Shown here in pieces: positions 39,571 to 50,454 of a stretch of DNA of 64,000 nucleotides. The stretch comes from Alphaproteobacteria bacterium (GTDB taxonomy: Bacteria > Pseudomonadota > Alphaproteobacteria > JASGCL01): contig JBPCVJ010000025.1 in assembly GCA_051010635.1 (NCBI GenBank), forward strand, positions 18,231 through 82,230, written 5' to 3'. Positions within the stretch are counted from its first letter, which is position 1. Every line of letters starts with the position of its first letter. Below the pieces are notes generated by a model. It had not been told where the DNA came from, made no database searches, and worked only from the letters and a program-made list of their open reading frames with translations. Made by a program: the position numbers and the translations under genes.

Positions 39571-42500
39571 TTTCAATTAAATGAAAACCATGCGTGAATA
39601 ATAAAGCGGTGCGAATTTTTTTATCGGGGTAAGTGGCAGATAGCAATTTTTGATAATGCTGCATTTGTTTTTTGTAATTGGTTGGCACTTGGGAGATATT
39701 TTTTATAAGATGGGTTGAAGATTTATAATCAATAATTTTGACTTCATTGTCGCTCACCAGCATACGGTCAATGCGCCCAGTTATGATTTCATCATCAATC
39801 ATTCCCATGACTTCTTGTTCTAATAATAATTTTTTATCAAAATATTGATTGGTGGGATTGGTTATAAATAATTCTTGCCAATCCATCGGCAGAGGATTTT
39901 TGTTGGGCGATAAAATAGCTAATACCTCATTTAAATAAATTTCTTGGTCGGCCATGGTTAATTTGGGGAATTCCCTGCCAAGAATTTTTTTACCTTGCTC
40001 TATGATATTATCGGTTATCGCTGGGGTTAATAATTCTAATAACCGATGCACTGCCAAGCCACGGGTTATATTTTTATCGTTAATGGAAAAAATTCTATCA
40101 TGGCTATCGGCGGTAGGGTTTGACTTTAGGGCAGAAAAATGAATTTCTTTTTTTAACCAATGGTCATTGTCATTTAAGATATCTGGTGGCGGATGTTTTA
40201 GGGGTGTCGCCGTTTTTTGTTTTGGCATATCATCACCAAATTCCCAGCCATTTTCAATATTTTGATAGGGCAAGGTCATCATAGCTTTTTTACATAAGTT
40301 ATACCAGCTATGTTTATAAGGGGCAGAAGTATCATCTTGGTTTTTACCAAACCCACTTATGATTAATAAATTTTTGGCACGGGTTAGGGCGACATAAAGT
40401 AAGCGATAAGATTCTTCTTCTGCTGATTTTTCTTTTTCTTGTAAAAGCTCAAGATGGGGTGGTTTATAATTATTTATTTTTTGTTTTTTTATAAAAAATG
40501 GTGGGTGAGAATGTTGTTTGTCTTCAATGAAATAGGTTTCTTTTTGCACCCCAGCATGGGATATATCATCGGGTAAAAAAATAATCGGGGATTCCAACCC
40601 CTTGGCACCATGGCAGGTGATGATACGCACCCCAGTATTTTTTGTATTGGCAATGTCTTTTTTTATATCTGATTCATCTTTTAACAGATGATCAATCACC
40701 ATTGATAATTGGTTGGTTTGATTGTGTTCCAATGTTAGCAAGCGGTCAAAAAATATATGTAAAGTTTCTGCTTCACCACTGCCCCAACAACCTAACAATA
40801 TGCTACGGGCGGTTGTGATAAAAGATAAATTATTTATGCGATAGGGACATGGTTTTTGTAAAATACTATAAAAAAATTCAAAAGCGGTTTTTTGAAAAGC
40901 CAGATGGTGGATATCATCAAGCCAGTTTAATAATTTTTTCCACCAAGGGTTGGTGGTTTTTTCGGCATAGTGGGATAAGGCTTGATAAAGCGAACCATTA
41001 CGCCCTAGGGCAAAAGATTCTAATTCGTGATAGGTTAAACCACAAAAGGGAGAGACGAGCAAATTTGCCAAATAAAAATCCGCCCGTGGCATAAGGGCAA
41101 ATTGCCCAAGGTTGATAAGGTCCTTCACCAACCATTCATCACGCAAAACAATGCGATCGCGCCCTGCCACGGCTATGCCATTTTTTTTTAATGCCGCCAC
41201 CAAAGGTGGTTGCAAATTTTTTCTTTCTCGCACCAACACCATCATATCAGCCGCGGCGATGGGGCGGGGAATGCCATTTTCAACAATACTGCTATGATTG
41301 ATATGGTATTTGATATCATCTACCAATTGGTTGATATAATTTTGCTTATTTTGTTTTTTATTTTTATTGTCATAGGTTATAAATTTTCTTACTATCACCT
41401 TTGATGGCATTTTGGCAAAATGGGGTTTGTGTGATAAAGCCTTGCCAAATGGTGATAAAAATTTTTCATTGGTAAAAATTGTATCAACAAATTGTAAAAT
41501 ATGTTTGCCCGAGCGAAAAGAAATATCAAAAGATAAATTACGAAATTGGTTGGTAAATTGTGTTTGCCATATTTGTTGATAATTTTGATAACTAGCAATA
41601 TCAGCACCTTGAAATTGAAAGATGGATTGTTTGGCATCGCCGACGATTAAAAATCCATGGTCGCCAAGTGTTTTTTGCATAATCGCAAAACCATCTATCA
41701 GTGTTTTTATCACCCGCCATTGATGGGGGTTGGTATCTTGTGCTTCATCAAGCAAAATATGTTTTATGGCTTTTGCCATTTTATATTGCACCCAAGGGTG
41801 GATGTTTTTTTTATCTGTTAAAAGATCGCCTGCTTTTGTGATAAGGTCGTCATAATCCAATAAACCATGGACAAATTTTATTTTTTTATAATGGTTAAGA
41901 ATCTCAATCGCTAATCCCAATGCGACATAAGATTTACCCGCCGCTTCCGCCCTATCCATTTTGTTATATTGGTGTGCCATATATTCGGCTGATGCCATAT
42001 CGGTGGGATTATTTTTTAATTTTTTTTTCGGTTGTTTTTGTTTGGTTAAAAAATAATCCTCAGCCTTATCGTCTATTTTTTGTTTGATGGATGTTTCTAA
42101 TGCGGTTATCTGTTCCTTTGCCAACCAGTCATAATGTTTTTGCCAAAATTTTTTTTTATGATAACCCATAGTTTGATAATGTTCTAGACGCAATGGGTCT
42201 CGCAAGATAATTGCCACCATATCTCGCAACTGGCTATCATTTTGCCAATAGCGTCTGGCTTCGGTTAATAAATTTTTAATGATGGTATCTTGACGCAATA
42301 GGGTGGTATCAATGGCGTTTTTTAATAGGTCTTTGGCTAGGTTTTCTTCGGCAAGCCGAAAACCAAATGGCACATCGGCTTCCAGTGGAAAATAATTTAG
42401 TAATTGTTGGCAAAACCCGTGAATGGTATTGATGGTGAGGTTTTGTTTTTCATCCATAATTTGTAAAAAAAGCCCACGAGCGATAGTTATTTTTTCATGC

Positions 42501-42802
42501 AAATCACTATCACGCCATTGGTTACCACCGATATTTTTTATATCTTTTTCTAATGCATCAATGGGTAAGGCGGTCCATTCGGCTAATTTTTTATCAAGCC
42601 GATTTTTAATTTCGGCCGCCGCCGCCCGAGTAAAGGTAATCACCAATAGGTCGCGGGGGCGCTGACCCGATAATAGCAAATATAATAAGCGGTCAATTAA
42701 AACTTTGGTTTTGCCACTGCCAGCCGACGCCGACACCCAAACATAATAATGGCTATCAATCGCTTGGCGTTGTGCTGTGGTAAGGTTAAGCTGTTGGTTC
42801 AT
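39563..42802 (-). CDS. addA: Double-strand break repair helicase-nuclease AddA (UvrD-family helicase + C-terminal PD-(D/E)xK nuclease)
   Basis: This is a 1079-aa ORF with the UvrD Walker A (SASAGSGKTKVL) and helicase motifs through TRAKNLL. The C-terminal nuclease motif is GRIDRM...IIDYKS. Confidence 0.8.
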   Translation of the reverse strand: MNQQLNLTTAQRQAIDSHYYVWVSASAGSGKTKVLIDRLLYLLLSGQRPRDLLVITFTRAAAAEIKNRLDKKLAEWTALPIDALEKDIKNIGGNQWRDSDLHEKITIARGLFLQIMDEKQNLTINTIHGFCQQLLNYFPLEADVPFGFRLAEENLAKDLLKNAIDTTLLRQDTIIKNLLTEARRYWQNDSQLRDMVAIILRDPLRLEHYQTMGYHKKKFWQKHYDWLAKEQITALETSIKQKIDDKAEDYFLTKQKQPKKKLKNNPTDMASAEYMAHQYNKMDRAEAAGKSYVALGLAIEILNHYKKIKFVHGLLDYDDLITKAGDLLTDKKNIHPWVQYKMAKAIKHILLDEAQDTNPHQWRVIKTLIDGFAIMQKTLGDHGFLIVGDAKQSIFQFQGADIASYQNYQQIWQTQFTNQFRNLSFDISFRSGKHILQFVDTIFTNEKFLSPFGKALSHKPHFAKMPSKVIVRKFITYDNKNKKQNKQNYINQLVDDIKYHINHSSIVENGIPRPIAAADMMVLVRERKNLQPPLVAALKKNGIAVAGRDRIVLRDEWLVKDLINLGQFALMPRADFYLANLLVSPFCGLTYHELESFALGRNGSLYQALSHYAEKTTNPWWKKLLNWLDDIHHLAFQKTAFEFFYSILQKPCPYRINNLSFITTARSILLGCWGSGEAETLHIFFDRLLTLEHNQTNQLSMVIDHLLKDESDIKKDIANTKNTGVRIITCHGAKGLESPIIFLPDDISHAGVQKETYFIEDKQHSHPPFFIKKQKINNYKPPHLELLQEKEKSAEEESYRLLYVALTRAKNLLIISGFGKNQDDTSAPYKHSWYNLCKKAMMTLPYQNIENGWEFGDDMPKQKTATPLKHPPPDILNDNDHWLKKEIHFSALKSNPTADSHDRIFSINDKNITRGLAVHRLLELLTPAITDNIIEQGKKILGREFPKLTMADQEIYLNEVLAILSPNKNPLPMDWQELFITNPTNQYFDKKLLLEQEVMGMIDDEIITGRIDRMLVSDNEVKIIDYKSSTHLIKNISQVPTNYKKQMQHYQKLLSATYPDKKIRTALLFTHGFHLIEIT

Positions 42803-45800
42803 TGTTATCTTCTTCCTCTTTGTTATCTTCTTCTATAAAAAATTGACCCGCCCATTCGCCAGTGCGTGCTAATAGTTCATAATGACTTTCGGTTTTTTCT
42901 TCACAAGCGGTAAAACCATAATCGGCATCAGCCAGTTGATGGATGATGTTTTGTAATTTTTGTTTGGCTGTTGTTATTAATGCGGGGGTTTGTTTGCTAT
43001 CGTTTCGCTTGGTTTTATCAAATTTTTCAATTTTTGATTCTTTGCCGCATAGATGCCAAAATTCTAAATCAATGTCTTTTGCTGTTGTTATGGCTGGGAA
43101 GCCATTTTTTGCTACCATCAAACCTTCCAATGGTAATTGTAGGCTTTCACCCGATTGGCGTTTTGTTGAGATGGGTAAAGCACCTGTTTTGTAATCAATG
43201 ATAGTTATTTTGCCATTTTTATCTATATCAATGCGGTCGGCACGAGCGGTCAAAACAAAAGAATAATTTTTTAGCGATAGGTCAATTTTGCCATTCAGTT
43301 CTACCCAGCTTTGTTTGATAGCCAGCGATTGATAATGTTGCCAAAAAACATCGCATGATTGATAAAATACCTCTTGCCAAAAATTTTTTACTACCCTTGA
43401 TGGCTGGTATGTGGTTAGGGCTGTATCACATAATTCATAAAGAAAAATTTGTTCTTGTGATGGGTGGTGTGATTTTTGTTCAATAAATTCTTTTAATATC
43501 TTATGTAATAATTTTCCTTTATCTTGGGCGGTATGGTCATCGGCGGCATCATTGGGTTTGGTTAATTTTAAGATTTTTTTGCCATATAACCAAAAAGGAT
43601 TGGCAATAAATTTTTCTATTTCGGTGACGCTTAATTGTTTTGGGCGTGATGTTAATGGTGGCTTTGGGCTGGGCGGGGTGGCGGGAGAAGGAAATGGCTG
43701 GGGCAGATATTGGTTGGTAATATTGTGATGGCGTTGTAATATGGCTTGCCATTTTTGTTTGCGGTTTTCAATTTTGTTCTTGGCATCGGGGTATAGATGT
43801 AGCAATGCCTCTAATCTTTGCAACCAGCGTGATTTTTCTAAATCCACGCCATTTTCTTTTTCACGACTGAGTAAAAAAATTTCGGGGGATAAAAAATTGG
43901 TGGCAAAATCATGGGCGCTTAAGGATAATTTTTCTTCATCGCTGGGCAAACCCCAATGGCGGCGAATGGTTTTTGGTAGCCAAGGGTCAGGTGTGGTGGA
44001 GCGTGGCCATACCCCTTCGGTCAAGCCTGCCAATATGGTGATATCGGATTTTAATAATCTTGATTCCAAAGGGCCGACAATTTTTAAACGATCCAATTGC
44101 AAAAAAGGCCGATGTAATGTTTCATCAGCCAACAATTCATATAACCAATCATGAAAATCTTTTTGTGTCATAGAAAAATCATCAATCACTTGATGATGGA
44201 TAAAACTATCTATCATCTGTTGAAATTTCTTTTTGGCATCGCTGGTGAATAGATGTGTTTTATCATCTTTGCTGATGGTGGTGATAAAATTGATAAATTC
44301 TTTTAACCATTGGCTGATAGTTTTTTGTGTGTGCTGTTGGCTGGTATCAAGCACCACCATCATGGGTTCAAGCCAGTTGAGCAAGGCATTTTTTTGTTTA
44401 AGAGAAAATTTATTTTTGCCATGATGGTAAGATAATTGATTGATGGCGGTGATAAATTTTTCACGGGTTATATCACTTTCTATATCTAAATTTATCTGTT
44501 CTAAAAATGAATATAAGGGAAGGTTTTTATCTTGTGATGATAATATAATAGGGTGGCACAAAAGATGCTTTAATGAAGCTGGGTTGGCAAGGCTAAAAAA
44601 ACGGCTGGTGATAAAAATAAAAATACCCAAAGGGCTTTGCCAAAATTCTGTGCCCGAGCTGTCTTCAACCAAAATACCCTCCCTTGCCAAATTTAATAAA
44701 ACTTGCCTGATTAATTGTTTATCAAGCGATACCAAAGTAATGGTTTTATCATTTTTAACCATTTGTTGTTTGATGATTAAACTTATCATATCGGCTTCGC
44801 CATCGCGGTCGGGGGTGGTTAATATGGTTATGGTGTCAAGGGCGGTTTTGATATTGTTTTGTAAATTTTGATAAGTATTGTCTTGGTTGCGTTTCAGCCA
44901 ATTTTTTGTCGGTGGTAAAAAAACTTCGCCAAGCAATTGTTGGCGGGCAATGATATTGGCAGTTGGGGCATTGTGATTAAAATATCTTACCGCTTCAAGT
45001 GGGGTGTTTAAAAATTTCAATAAATTCACCATAGATCTTTGCGGATGCACCAATGCCGATAATAAAAAGGGGATAGATTTTTCTTTTGGTTGTTTTGCTA
45101 TTTTGCCAGATGATGATAAAAAATTCCAAATATCATCTTCCATATCTTTATCAAACCCCGGTAATATCACCATACCATTTTTTAAGGTCAATACCGATTT
45201 CATTAGATAACGGGTGCTGGCACGGGAGCCAGTTGAGCCAGCAATGATAACTGGTTGGCTTGGGCGAGTTTTTTGATATACATCGGCAAGTTGTGCCATT
45301 TTTTTATTGAGTAATTGTTCGTGGTCGCAAAGCAAATTTTCATTGAGAATCTGTTCGTAGGCTGGCACAATGATTTTGAGAAAATTGAGAATTTTTTTCC
45401 AATGTTCGGCAAGTTGGCTGGTTAATATATGGGATGTTTCGCCGCCCGATGATATTGTAAGGTCCTCGGGTATATTTTCCAAATTGGCAAATATATCATT
45501 TTGGAATAATTTTTCTTTTGCATGTTGCCCAATGGTTAATTCATCAAAAAATCGTGCCAATTTCTTTGCCAAAGCCAGCAAATGCCCAGGGGTTAAATCA
45601 CGCTCAAACCCGCCTTGATAAAATTTTTCTATCAATCGCATCAATAATCGCAACCTTTGTCCGTAAGATAAAATTTGTGGCAATGCGATATCATCGGTTA
45701 AAAATTCGTCATCATTATAGTTGGTTATATTATCAAGCTCGCCGCCAATATCGCCCAAAGAAATAATTTTGGGTAATAACAATCCGCCACCTTTTGGATT

Positions 45801-46010
45801 TTTTTCTTGCACCGCTTGCAACAATGCTGATTTAACTACACCGATACTACGGCGGTTAGGTAGATAAAGGGTGAAAGTGGATAAGTAAGATAGCCATTGT
45901 TTTGGCTCGGTGGCGATGGCGATTTCTATCATTTGTTTTGCGAGGCTGGTGGCAAAACCAAAACTTGCGTGGATGGTGAAAACGCCACGCGAAAAATTTT
46001 GTGATGGCAT
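42786..46010 (-). CDS. addB: Double-strand break repair protein AddB (alphaproteobacterial type, C-terminal PD-(D/E)xK nuclease)
   Basis: This is a 1074-aa ORF immediately upstream of addA, overlapping it by 17 nt. Its C-terminal nuclease block is ADRIDIDKNGKITIIDYKTG. Confidence 0.75.
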   Translation of the reverse strand: MPSQNFSRGVFTIHASFGFATSLAKQMIEIAIATEPKQWLSYLSTFTLYLPNRRSIGVVKSALLQAVQEKNPKGGGLLLPKIISLGDIGGELDNITNYNDDEFLTDDIALPQILSYGQRLRLLMRLIEKFYQGGFERDLTPGHLLALAKKLARFFDELTIGQHAKEKLFQNDIFANLENIPEDLTISSGGETSHILTSQLAEHWKKILNFLKIIVPAYEQILNENLLCDHEQLLNKKMAQLADVYQKTRPSQPVIIAGSTGSRASTRYLMKSVLTLKNGMVILPGFDKDMEDDIWNFLSSSGKIAKQPKEKSIPFLLSALVHPQRSMVNLLKFLNTPLEAVRYFNHNAPTANIIARQQLLGEVFLPPTKNWLKRNQDNTYQNLQNNIKTALDTITILTTPDRDGEADMISLIIKQQMVKNDKTITLVSLDKQLIRQVLLNLAREGILVEDSSGTEFWQSPLGIFIFITSRFFSLANPASLKHLLCHPIILSSQDKNLPLYSFLEQINLDIESDITREKFITAINQLSYHHGKNKFSLKQKNALLNWLEPMMVVLDTSQQHTQKTISQWLKEFINFITTISKDDKTHLFTSDAKKKFQQMIDSFIHHQVIDDFSMTQKDFHDWLYELLADETLHRPFLQLDRLKIVGPLESRLLKSDITILAGLTEGVWPRSTTPDPWLPKTIRRHWGLPSDEEKLSLSAHDFATNFLSPEIFLLSREKENGVDLEKSRWLQRLEALLHLYPDAKNKIENRKQKWQAILQRHHNITNQYLPQPFPSPATPPSPKPPLTSRPKQLSVTEIEKFIANPFWLYGKKILKLTKPNDAADDHTAQDKGKLLHKILKEFIEQKSHHPSQEQIFLYELCDTALTTYQPSRVVKNFWQEVFYQSCDVFWQHYQSLAIKQSWVELNGKIDLSLKNYSFVLTARADRIDIDKNGKITIIDYKTGALPISTKRQSGESLQLPLEGLMVAKNGFPAITTAKDIDLEFWHLCGKESKIEKFDKTKRNDSKQTPALITTAKQKLQNIIHQLADADYGFTACEEKTESHYELLARTGEWAGQFFIEEDNKEEEDNNEPTA

Positions 46011-46078
46011 AAAAAAAAATTAACAGATTCTTAACCAATTGACAAGTTGGATAAAAAATAATATATTATATCAATCGG

Positions 46079-46438
46079 GTGATGATGATGGTTTCACAAA
46101 ATATACATCAAGAACAACAATTTGCCATTAGCGATCGTGCCAAGCAACATTTGGCAACCATGCCAGAAATTCATGCTGGTAAAAAATTGCGTATTATGGT
46201 TGAGGGCGGTGGTTGTGCGGGGTTTCAATATGTTTTTTCTTTTACCGATCATTTGAATGATGATGATATTGAATTCAAAAATAATGACATATCGGTGGTG
46301 ATTGATAAAACATCATTGCCATTTTTGACCATGGGTCAATTGGATTTTGAAGAAAAATTGATGGGATCGTTTTTAAATATCAAAAATCCCAATGCCAAAA
46401 ATGGTTGTGGTTGTGGCAATAGTTTTTCTGTCGAATAA
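46079..46438 (+). CDS. erpA: Iron-sulfur cluster insertion protein (ErpA/IscA/HesB family)
   Basis: This is a 119-aa ORF with the conserved cysteines (GGGCAGFQY ... GCGCGNSF). Confidence 0.75.
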   Translation: MMMMVSQNIHQEQQFAISDRAKQHLATMPEIHAGKKLRIMVEGGGCAGFQYVFSFTDHLNDDDIEFKNNDISVVIDKTSLPFLTMGQLDFEEKLMGSFLNIKNPNAKNGCGCGNSFSVE

Positions 46439-46453
46439 CCTAGATTTTTTTCA

Positions 46454-47263
46454 ATGGTCTTTTCGGTTGCCAGTTTTAATGTGAATTCGGTGCGGGTGCG
46501 GCTACCGATATTACAAACATGGCTTACACAACACCAACCCGATGTTTTGGCATTGCAGGAAATTAAATGTGAAGAAAAAAATTTTCCTGCCACTGATTTA
46601 CAATTGGTAGCTGGTGTGGATTATGATATTTTTGTGGTAGGGCAAAAATCTTACAATGGCGTGGCCATGTTATGTAAAAAAAAATATGCGGCAAAGCTTA
46701 TCAACCATCAATTGATGGCTGATATGGCACAAAGCCGTTTTTTAGATATTGCGGTGAATGGCGTGCGGGTGATTAATATCTATGCCCCCAATGGCAATCC
46801 TGTTTTTGCTAATGACCAAACAACCCATAGTGAAAAATTTCTTTACAAAATAAATTGGTTGCAATCACTTTATGATTATCTTCAACCGATGGCGGATAAT
46901 GAAATACCATTTCTTATGGTGGGGGATTATAATATCTGCCCCGAAGATATTGATTGTTATGATGCCAATTTATTAAAAAATGATGCTTTGTTACAACCCG
47001 AAAGCCGTGCCGCTTTTCGCCATTTGCAATTTTTGGGGTTGATTGATTTGTTTCGTGGTCAGCACCCTAGGGAGCCTATGTGTTATAGTTATTGGGATTA
47101 TACCAAAGGGGCATTTCAAAAAAATAATGGTTTGCGGATAGATCATTGCTTGGCAACCGCTCAATTGGCAGACCGTTTGACTGATATTGTTATTGACCAA
47201 AAACCCCGCCATGCCGAGCAACCATCTGACCACACACCCATCATAGCCTATTTTGATATTTAG
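46454..47263 (+). CDS. xth: Exodeoxyribonuclease III
   Basis: This is a 269-aa ORF with the EEP-family motifs (NVNSVR, ALQE, GDYN, DHCL). Confidence 0.8.
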   Translation: MVFSVASFNVNSVRVRLPILQTWLTQHQPDVLALQEIKCEEKNFPATDLQLVAGVDYDIFVVGQKSYNGVAMLCKKKYAAKLINHQLMADMAQSRFLDIAVNGVRVINIYAPNGNPVFANDQTTHSEKFLYKINWLQSLYDYLQPMADNEIPFLMVGDYNICPEDIDCYDANLLKNDALLQPESRAAFRHLQFLGLIDLFRGQHPREPMCYSYWDYTKGAFQKNNGLRIDHCLATAQLADRLTDIVIDQKPRHAEQPSDHTPIIAYFDI

Positions 47264-48300
47264 ATAGTGGTTTTTGTGAAGCTGGCAAAATCTTGTAATT
47301 TTTTTAATGCCTTGCCATCAGCAATGGATGTTTTTGCCATTAGCGCACCATCTTTTAAGTTATCAACCGCCCCTATGATACAAAGCGCCGCGGCGGCATT
47401 GTAAAGCACGGCATCATGAAATCCCAAAGATGGATGTTTGTCATCGCCCATTTTATTTTGAAACAGATTGATAATCGCTTTGGCATTGTCGGCTGGTGTG
47501 CCGCCCTTTATGGTTTCTAAAGGATGAGATGAAAGCCCCGCCATCTGTGGTGTTATGGTTTCAAGGGTGATATTGCCATTTTGCAATTTTGCCACTTGGC
47601 TATCGCCTGTGATAGATAATTCATCAAGCCCATCATTGCCATGCACCACCCATGCGGTTTTAGCATTTAAATTTTTTAAGGCAGTTGCCATCTTATCTAG
47701 CCATTTTTTATCATAAACCCCAAGCAAATAAAATTTTACATATGCGGGATTGGTGAGCGGTCCTAAGATATTAAAAATAGTTTTGATTTTTTTTTCGGCT
47801 AATAATTTTCTAGCGGGCATAACATGGCGCATAGCGGGATGGTGCTTTTGTGCAAACAAAAAGGCAAAGCCTATTTCCGCCATGCCCTTTTCAACCCTAT
47901 CAAGCGGGTAATTAATATCAATACCCAATTCTTCTTGCACATCGGCAGTGCCCGCTTGGGAGGTGATGGCACGGTTGCCATGTTTGGCAACCGCGAAACC
48001 CAAACCAGCAACCACAAAGCTGGTGGCAGTTGAGATATTCAAACTACCTTTTAGGTCGCCACCCGTGCCAACAATATCAATCGCATTGTCGGGTGCGGTG
48101 ATGGTGGTGGCATATTTTCGCATAACCGCCGCCGCCGCGGTGATTTCATCAGCGGTTTCGCCTTTTTGTGCCAATGATTGTAAAAAATTTGCTATGGATT
48201 CTATACTTTCTTTGCCTGTCATGATGGCATCAAAAGCCGATGTTATTTCGTCGCTGGTTAAATGTTTGCCCTGTGATAATTTTTCGCTAAGCTGTTGCAT
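47260..48300 (-). CDS. trpD: Anthranilate phosphoribosyltransferase
   Basis: It has the GTGGD motif (IVGTGGDLKGSLNISTATS). The ORF track extends to 48375 and overlaps trpG by 67 nt. The Met at about 48300 (MQQLSEKL) gives a typical length. Confidence 0.8.
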   Translation of the reverse strand: MQQLSEKLSQGKHLTSDEITSAFDAIMTGKESIESIANFLQSLAQKGETADEITAAAAVMRKYATTITAPDNAIDIVGTGGDLKGSLNISTATSFVVAGLGFAVAKHGNRAITSQAGTADVQEELGIDINYPLDRVEKGMAEIGFAFLFAQKHHPAMRHVMPARKLLAEKKIKTIFNILGPLTNPAYVKFYLLGVYDKKWLDKMATALKNLNAKTAWVVHGNDGLDELSITGDSQVAKLQNGNITLETITPQMAGLSSHPLETIKGGTPADNAKAIINLFQNKMGDDKHPSLGFHDAVLYNAAAALCIIGAVDNLKDGALMAKTSIADGKALKKLQDFASFTKTTI

Positions 48301-48308
48301 GAAGATAA

Positions 48309-48908
48309 TTATGCCATAGAATTTTTTAAAATAAAAGTTAAAAAATTTTTTATGATGGCTTTGCCATATTGGCAATAATAACTTTCGGGATGAAATTGCA
48401 CTGCCGCCATAGGTAAATGCTTATGTTGTATCGCCATAATTTGTTTGTCATCGCAACTGGTGGCAATGGCTAATAAATCGCTGGGTAATGTTGTGATAGC
48501 TAAACTATGATAGCGGGTGGCAGAAAATTTTTGTGGTATGTTTTTAAATAACCATGAATCATTGTCGCAATTTATGTCTGATATTTTGCCGTGGCGTGGT
48601 GGTTGATAGGTTGCAATATGACCGCCAAAGGCTTCAACCATCGCTTGTAGCCCCAAACAAATGCCAAAAACTGGGCGTTTGGCGGCGATACATGATTTTA
48701 TCAATGGAATGGAGATGCCAGCGGTTTTAGGGGTGGCGGGCCCGGGCGAAATAATCATAGCCTCATTGCCTATCGCCATAGCGTCTTTTATTGAAATGTC
48801 ATCATTGCGTTTGATGGTTAAATTTTTGCCGATATGGATGCCATTGTCGCCTAGTAAATGCACAACATTATAGGTAAAACTATCATAATTATCTATTAAT
48901 AAAAACAT
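48309..48908 (-). CDS. trpG: Anthranilate synthase component II / aminodeoxychorismate synthase glutamine amidotransferase
   Basis: This is a 199-aa ORF with the GATase1 catalytic triad context (GICLGLQAM, HPES). Confidence 0.7.
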   Translation of the reverse strand: MFLLIDNYDSFTYNVVHLLGDNGIHIGKNLTIKRNDDISIKDAMAIGNEAMIISPGPATPKTAGISIPLIKSCIAAKRPVFGICLGLQAMVEAFGGHIATYQPPRHGKISDINCDNDSWLFKNIPQKFSATRYHSLAITTLPSDLLAIATSCDDKQIMAIQHKHLPMAAVQFHPESYYCQYGKAIIKNFLTFILKNSMA

Positions 48909-48967
48909 GACATTATTTATAGAATCCCACGCTATTTTAAGTCAAGCGGGCGAGTCTATTGATATGG

Positions 48968-50407
48968 TTATTTTACAATACCATTTTTTTTCAAATCCAT
49001 AAAGGTGCGTTTTACGCCCTCTTTCAATGTATCAATTAAAAAATCAATTTCATTTTGTTCGATGATAAGCGGTGGCGACATAACGCATAAATTAACTATC
49101 GGCCGCACTATTACGCCCAATTCATAGCAATGGTTATCAACCATCAAACCAACATCACGGTCAAGTTTTAACAAACGATTATCATCTTTATTTGATTTTT
49201 TATCGGCAACCAATTCAATACAACCTAATAATCCCTCGCCCCTTACATCGCCAACGATCGGAATTTCCAATAATTCTCGCAAGCGTTTTTGAAAATAAGG
49301 TATAACCTGTTTGGCATGATTTAAGATATTTTCTTTTTCTAAAATTTCTAAAGTTTTTAAGCCAGCCGCACAGGCAATTGGGTTGCCAGAAAAGGTGAAT
49401 CCCGCGGTAAAGATAGCACCATTTTTACCGCCAATTTTATCAGCCCCCGCTATGCGGTTATAGATAGCATCAGAAATAAACAATGCCCCCATCGGCATAT
49501 AGCCTGCGGTGATGGCTTTGGCAGTGGTTATCATATCGGGCACAATGTCAAAATAATCTTGCGATGAGAAAACATGCCCCATACGACCAAAGCCCGTCAC
49601 CACTTCATCTGAAATATATAAAATATCATTTTTTTTACAAATACCATGCATGGCTTTTAAATAGCCTTTGGGCGGCACAATAACCCCGCCCGATGCCTGC
49701 AATGGCTCGGCAATGAAAGCCCCGATATTATCGGCACCATGCTGGGCGATTAAATCTTCAAATTCTTGGATAAGCTGTTGTAAAAAATCATCCTCTGACA
49801 TATCATCGGGTTTGAAATATAAATTGGGGGCTTCTAAAAACAATGCCAAATGATTGGCGCTATCCATAAAAGGTCTATCCCGTTCCCGCCCAGTAATGCC
49901 CTGACAAAGATAGGTGGCGCCGTGATAACTTTTTTTTCTAGTAACAATTTTTTTCTTGTTTGGTCTTTCCAATAGGTTGTTATAAAAAAACACAAAACGC
50001 AAAGCCGCATCAACCGCTTCTGACCCAGAATTGGTAAAAAATACATGGTTTAAATCAGCAGGGGTGCGTTTGGTTAATTCACGGGCAAATTCTATGGCGA
50101 TAGAAGATGCCAAAGCAAAGGGTGAATAATAGGCTAATTTTTCGGCTTGGGTTGCTATAGATTTTACAATATCTGTTCGGCTATGACCAAGCGACATACA
50201 CCACATACCCGCAGGTGCATCAAGCAATTTTTTGCCATCTTGGTCATAAAGATAAATACCATCGCCCTGTTCCATAAGTGCCCGTTTGTTGGCACCAGAA
50301 TATTGCATAAATTCCCACGGGTGGATAAGGTGATCATTGTCGCCTTGCCACAGGTAATTTTTTTCTTCTTCAGAAAATGGCGGTTGGTTATGTAAAATAT
50401 CTTGCAT
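48968..50407 (-). CDS. Class-III (omega) aminotransferase, PLP-dependent
   Basis: This is a 479-aa ORF with the PLP-lysine region (ISDEVVTGFGRMG) and the glycine-rich class-III N-terminal block. Confidence 0.7.
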   Translation of the reverse strand: MQDILHNQPPFSEEEKNYLWQGDNDHLIHPWEFMQYSGANKRALMEQGDGIYLYDQDGKKLLDAPAGMWCMSLGHSRTDIVKSIATQAEKLAYYSPFALASSIAIEFARELTKRTPADLNHVFFTNSGSEAVDAALRFVFFYNNLLERPNKKKIVTRKKSYHGATYLCQGITGRERDRPFMDSANHLALFLEAPNLYFKPDDMSEDDFLQQLIQEFEDLIAQHGADNIGAFIAEPLQASGGVIVPPKGYLKAMHGICKKNDILYISDEVVTGFGRMGHVFSSQDYFDIVPDMITTAKAITAGYMPMGALFISDAIYNRIAGADKIGGKNGAIFTAGFTFSGNPIACAAGLKTLEILEKENILNHAKQVIPYFQKRLRELLEIPIVGDVRGEGLLGCIELVADKKSNKDDNRLLKLDRDVGLMVDNHCYELGVIVRPIVNLCVMSPPLIIEQNEIDFLIDTLKEGVKRTFMDLKKNGIVK

Positions 50408-50454
50408 AAGGGTTGCACCTTAACACATAATAATAAAATTGTAAAAAAATATCT

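Noticed and set aside
39563-46010. Possibility that the two ~1075-aa helicase and nuclease genes are a novel defence system
   Set aside because: The motifs and gene order are those of canonical alphaproteobacterial AddB-AddA recombination repair. No accompanying methylase, specificity or effector genes are present.
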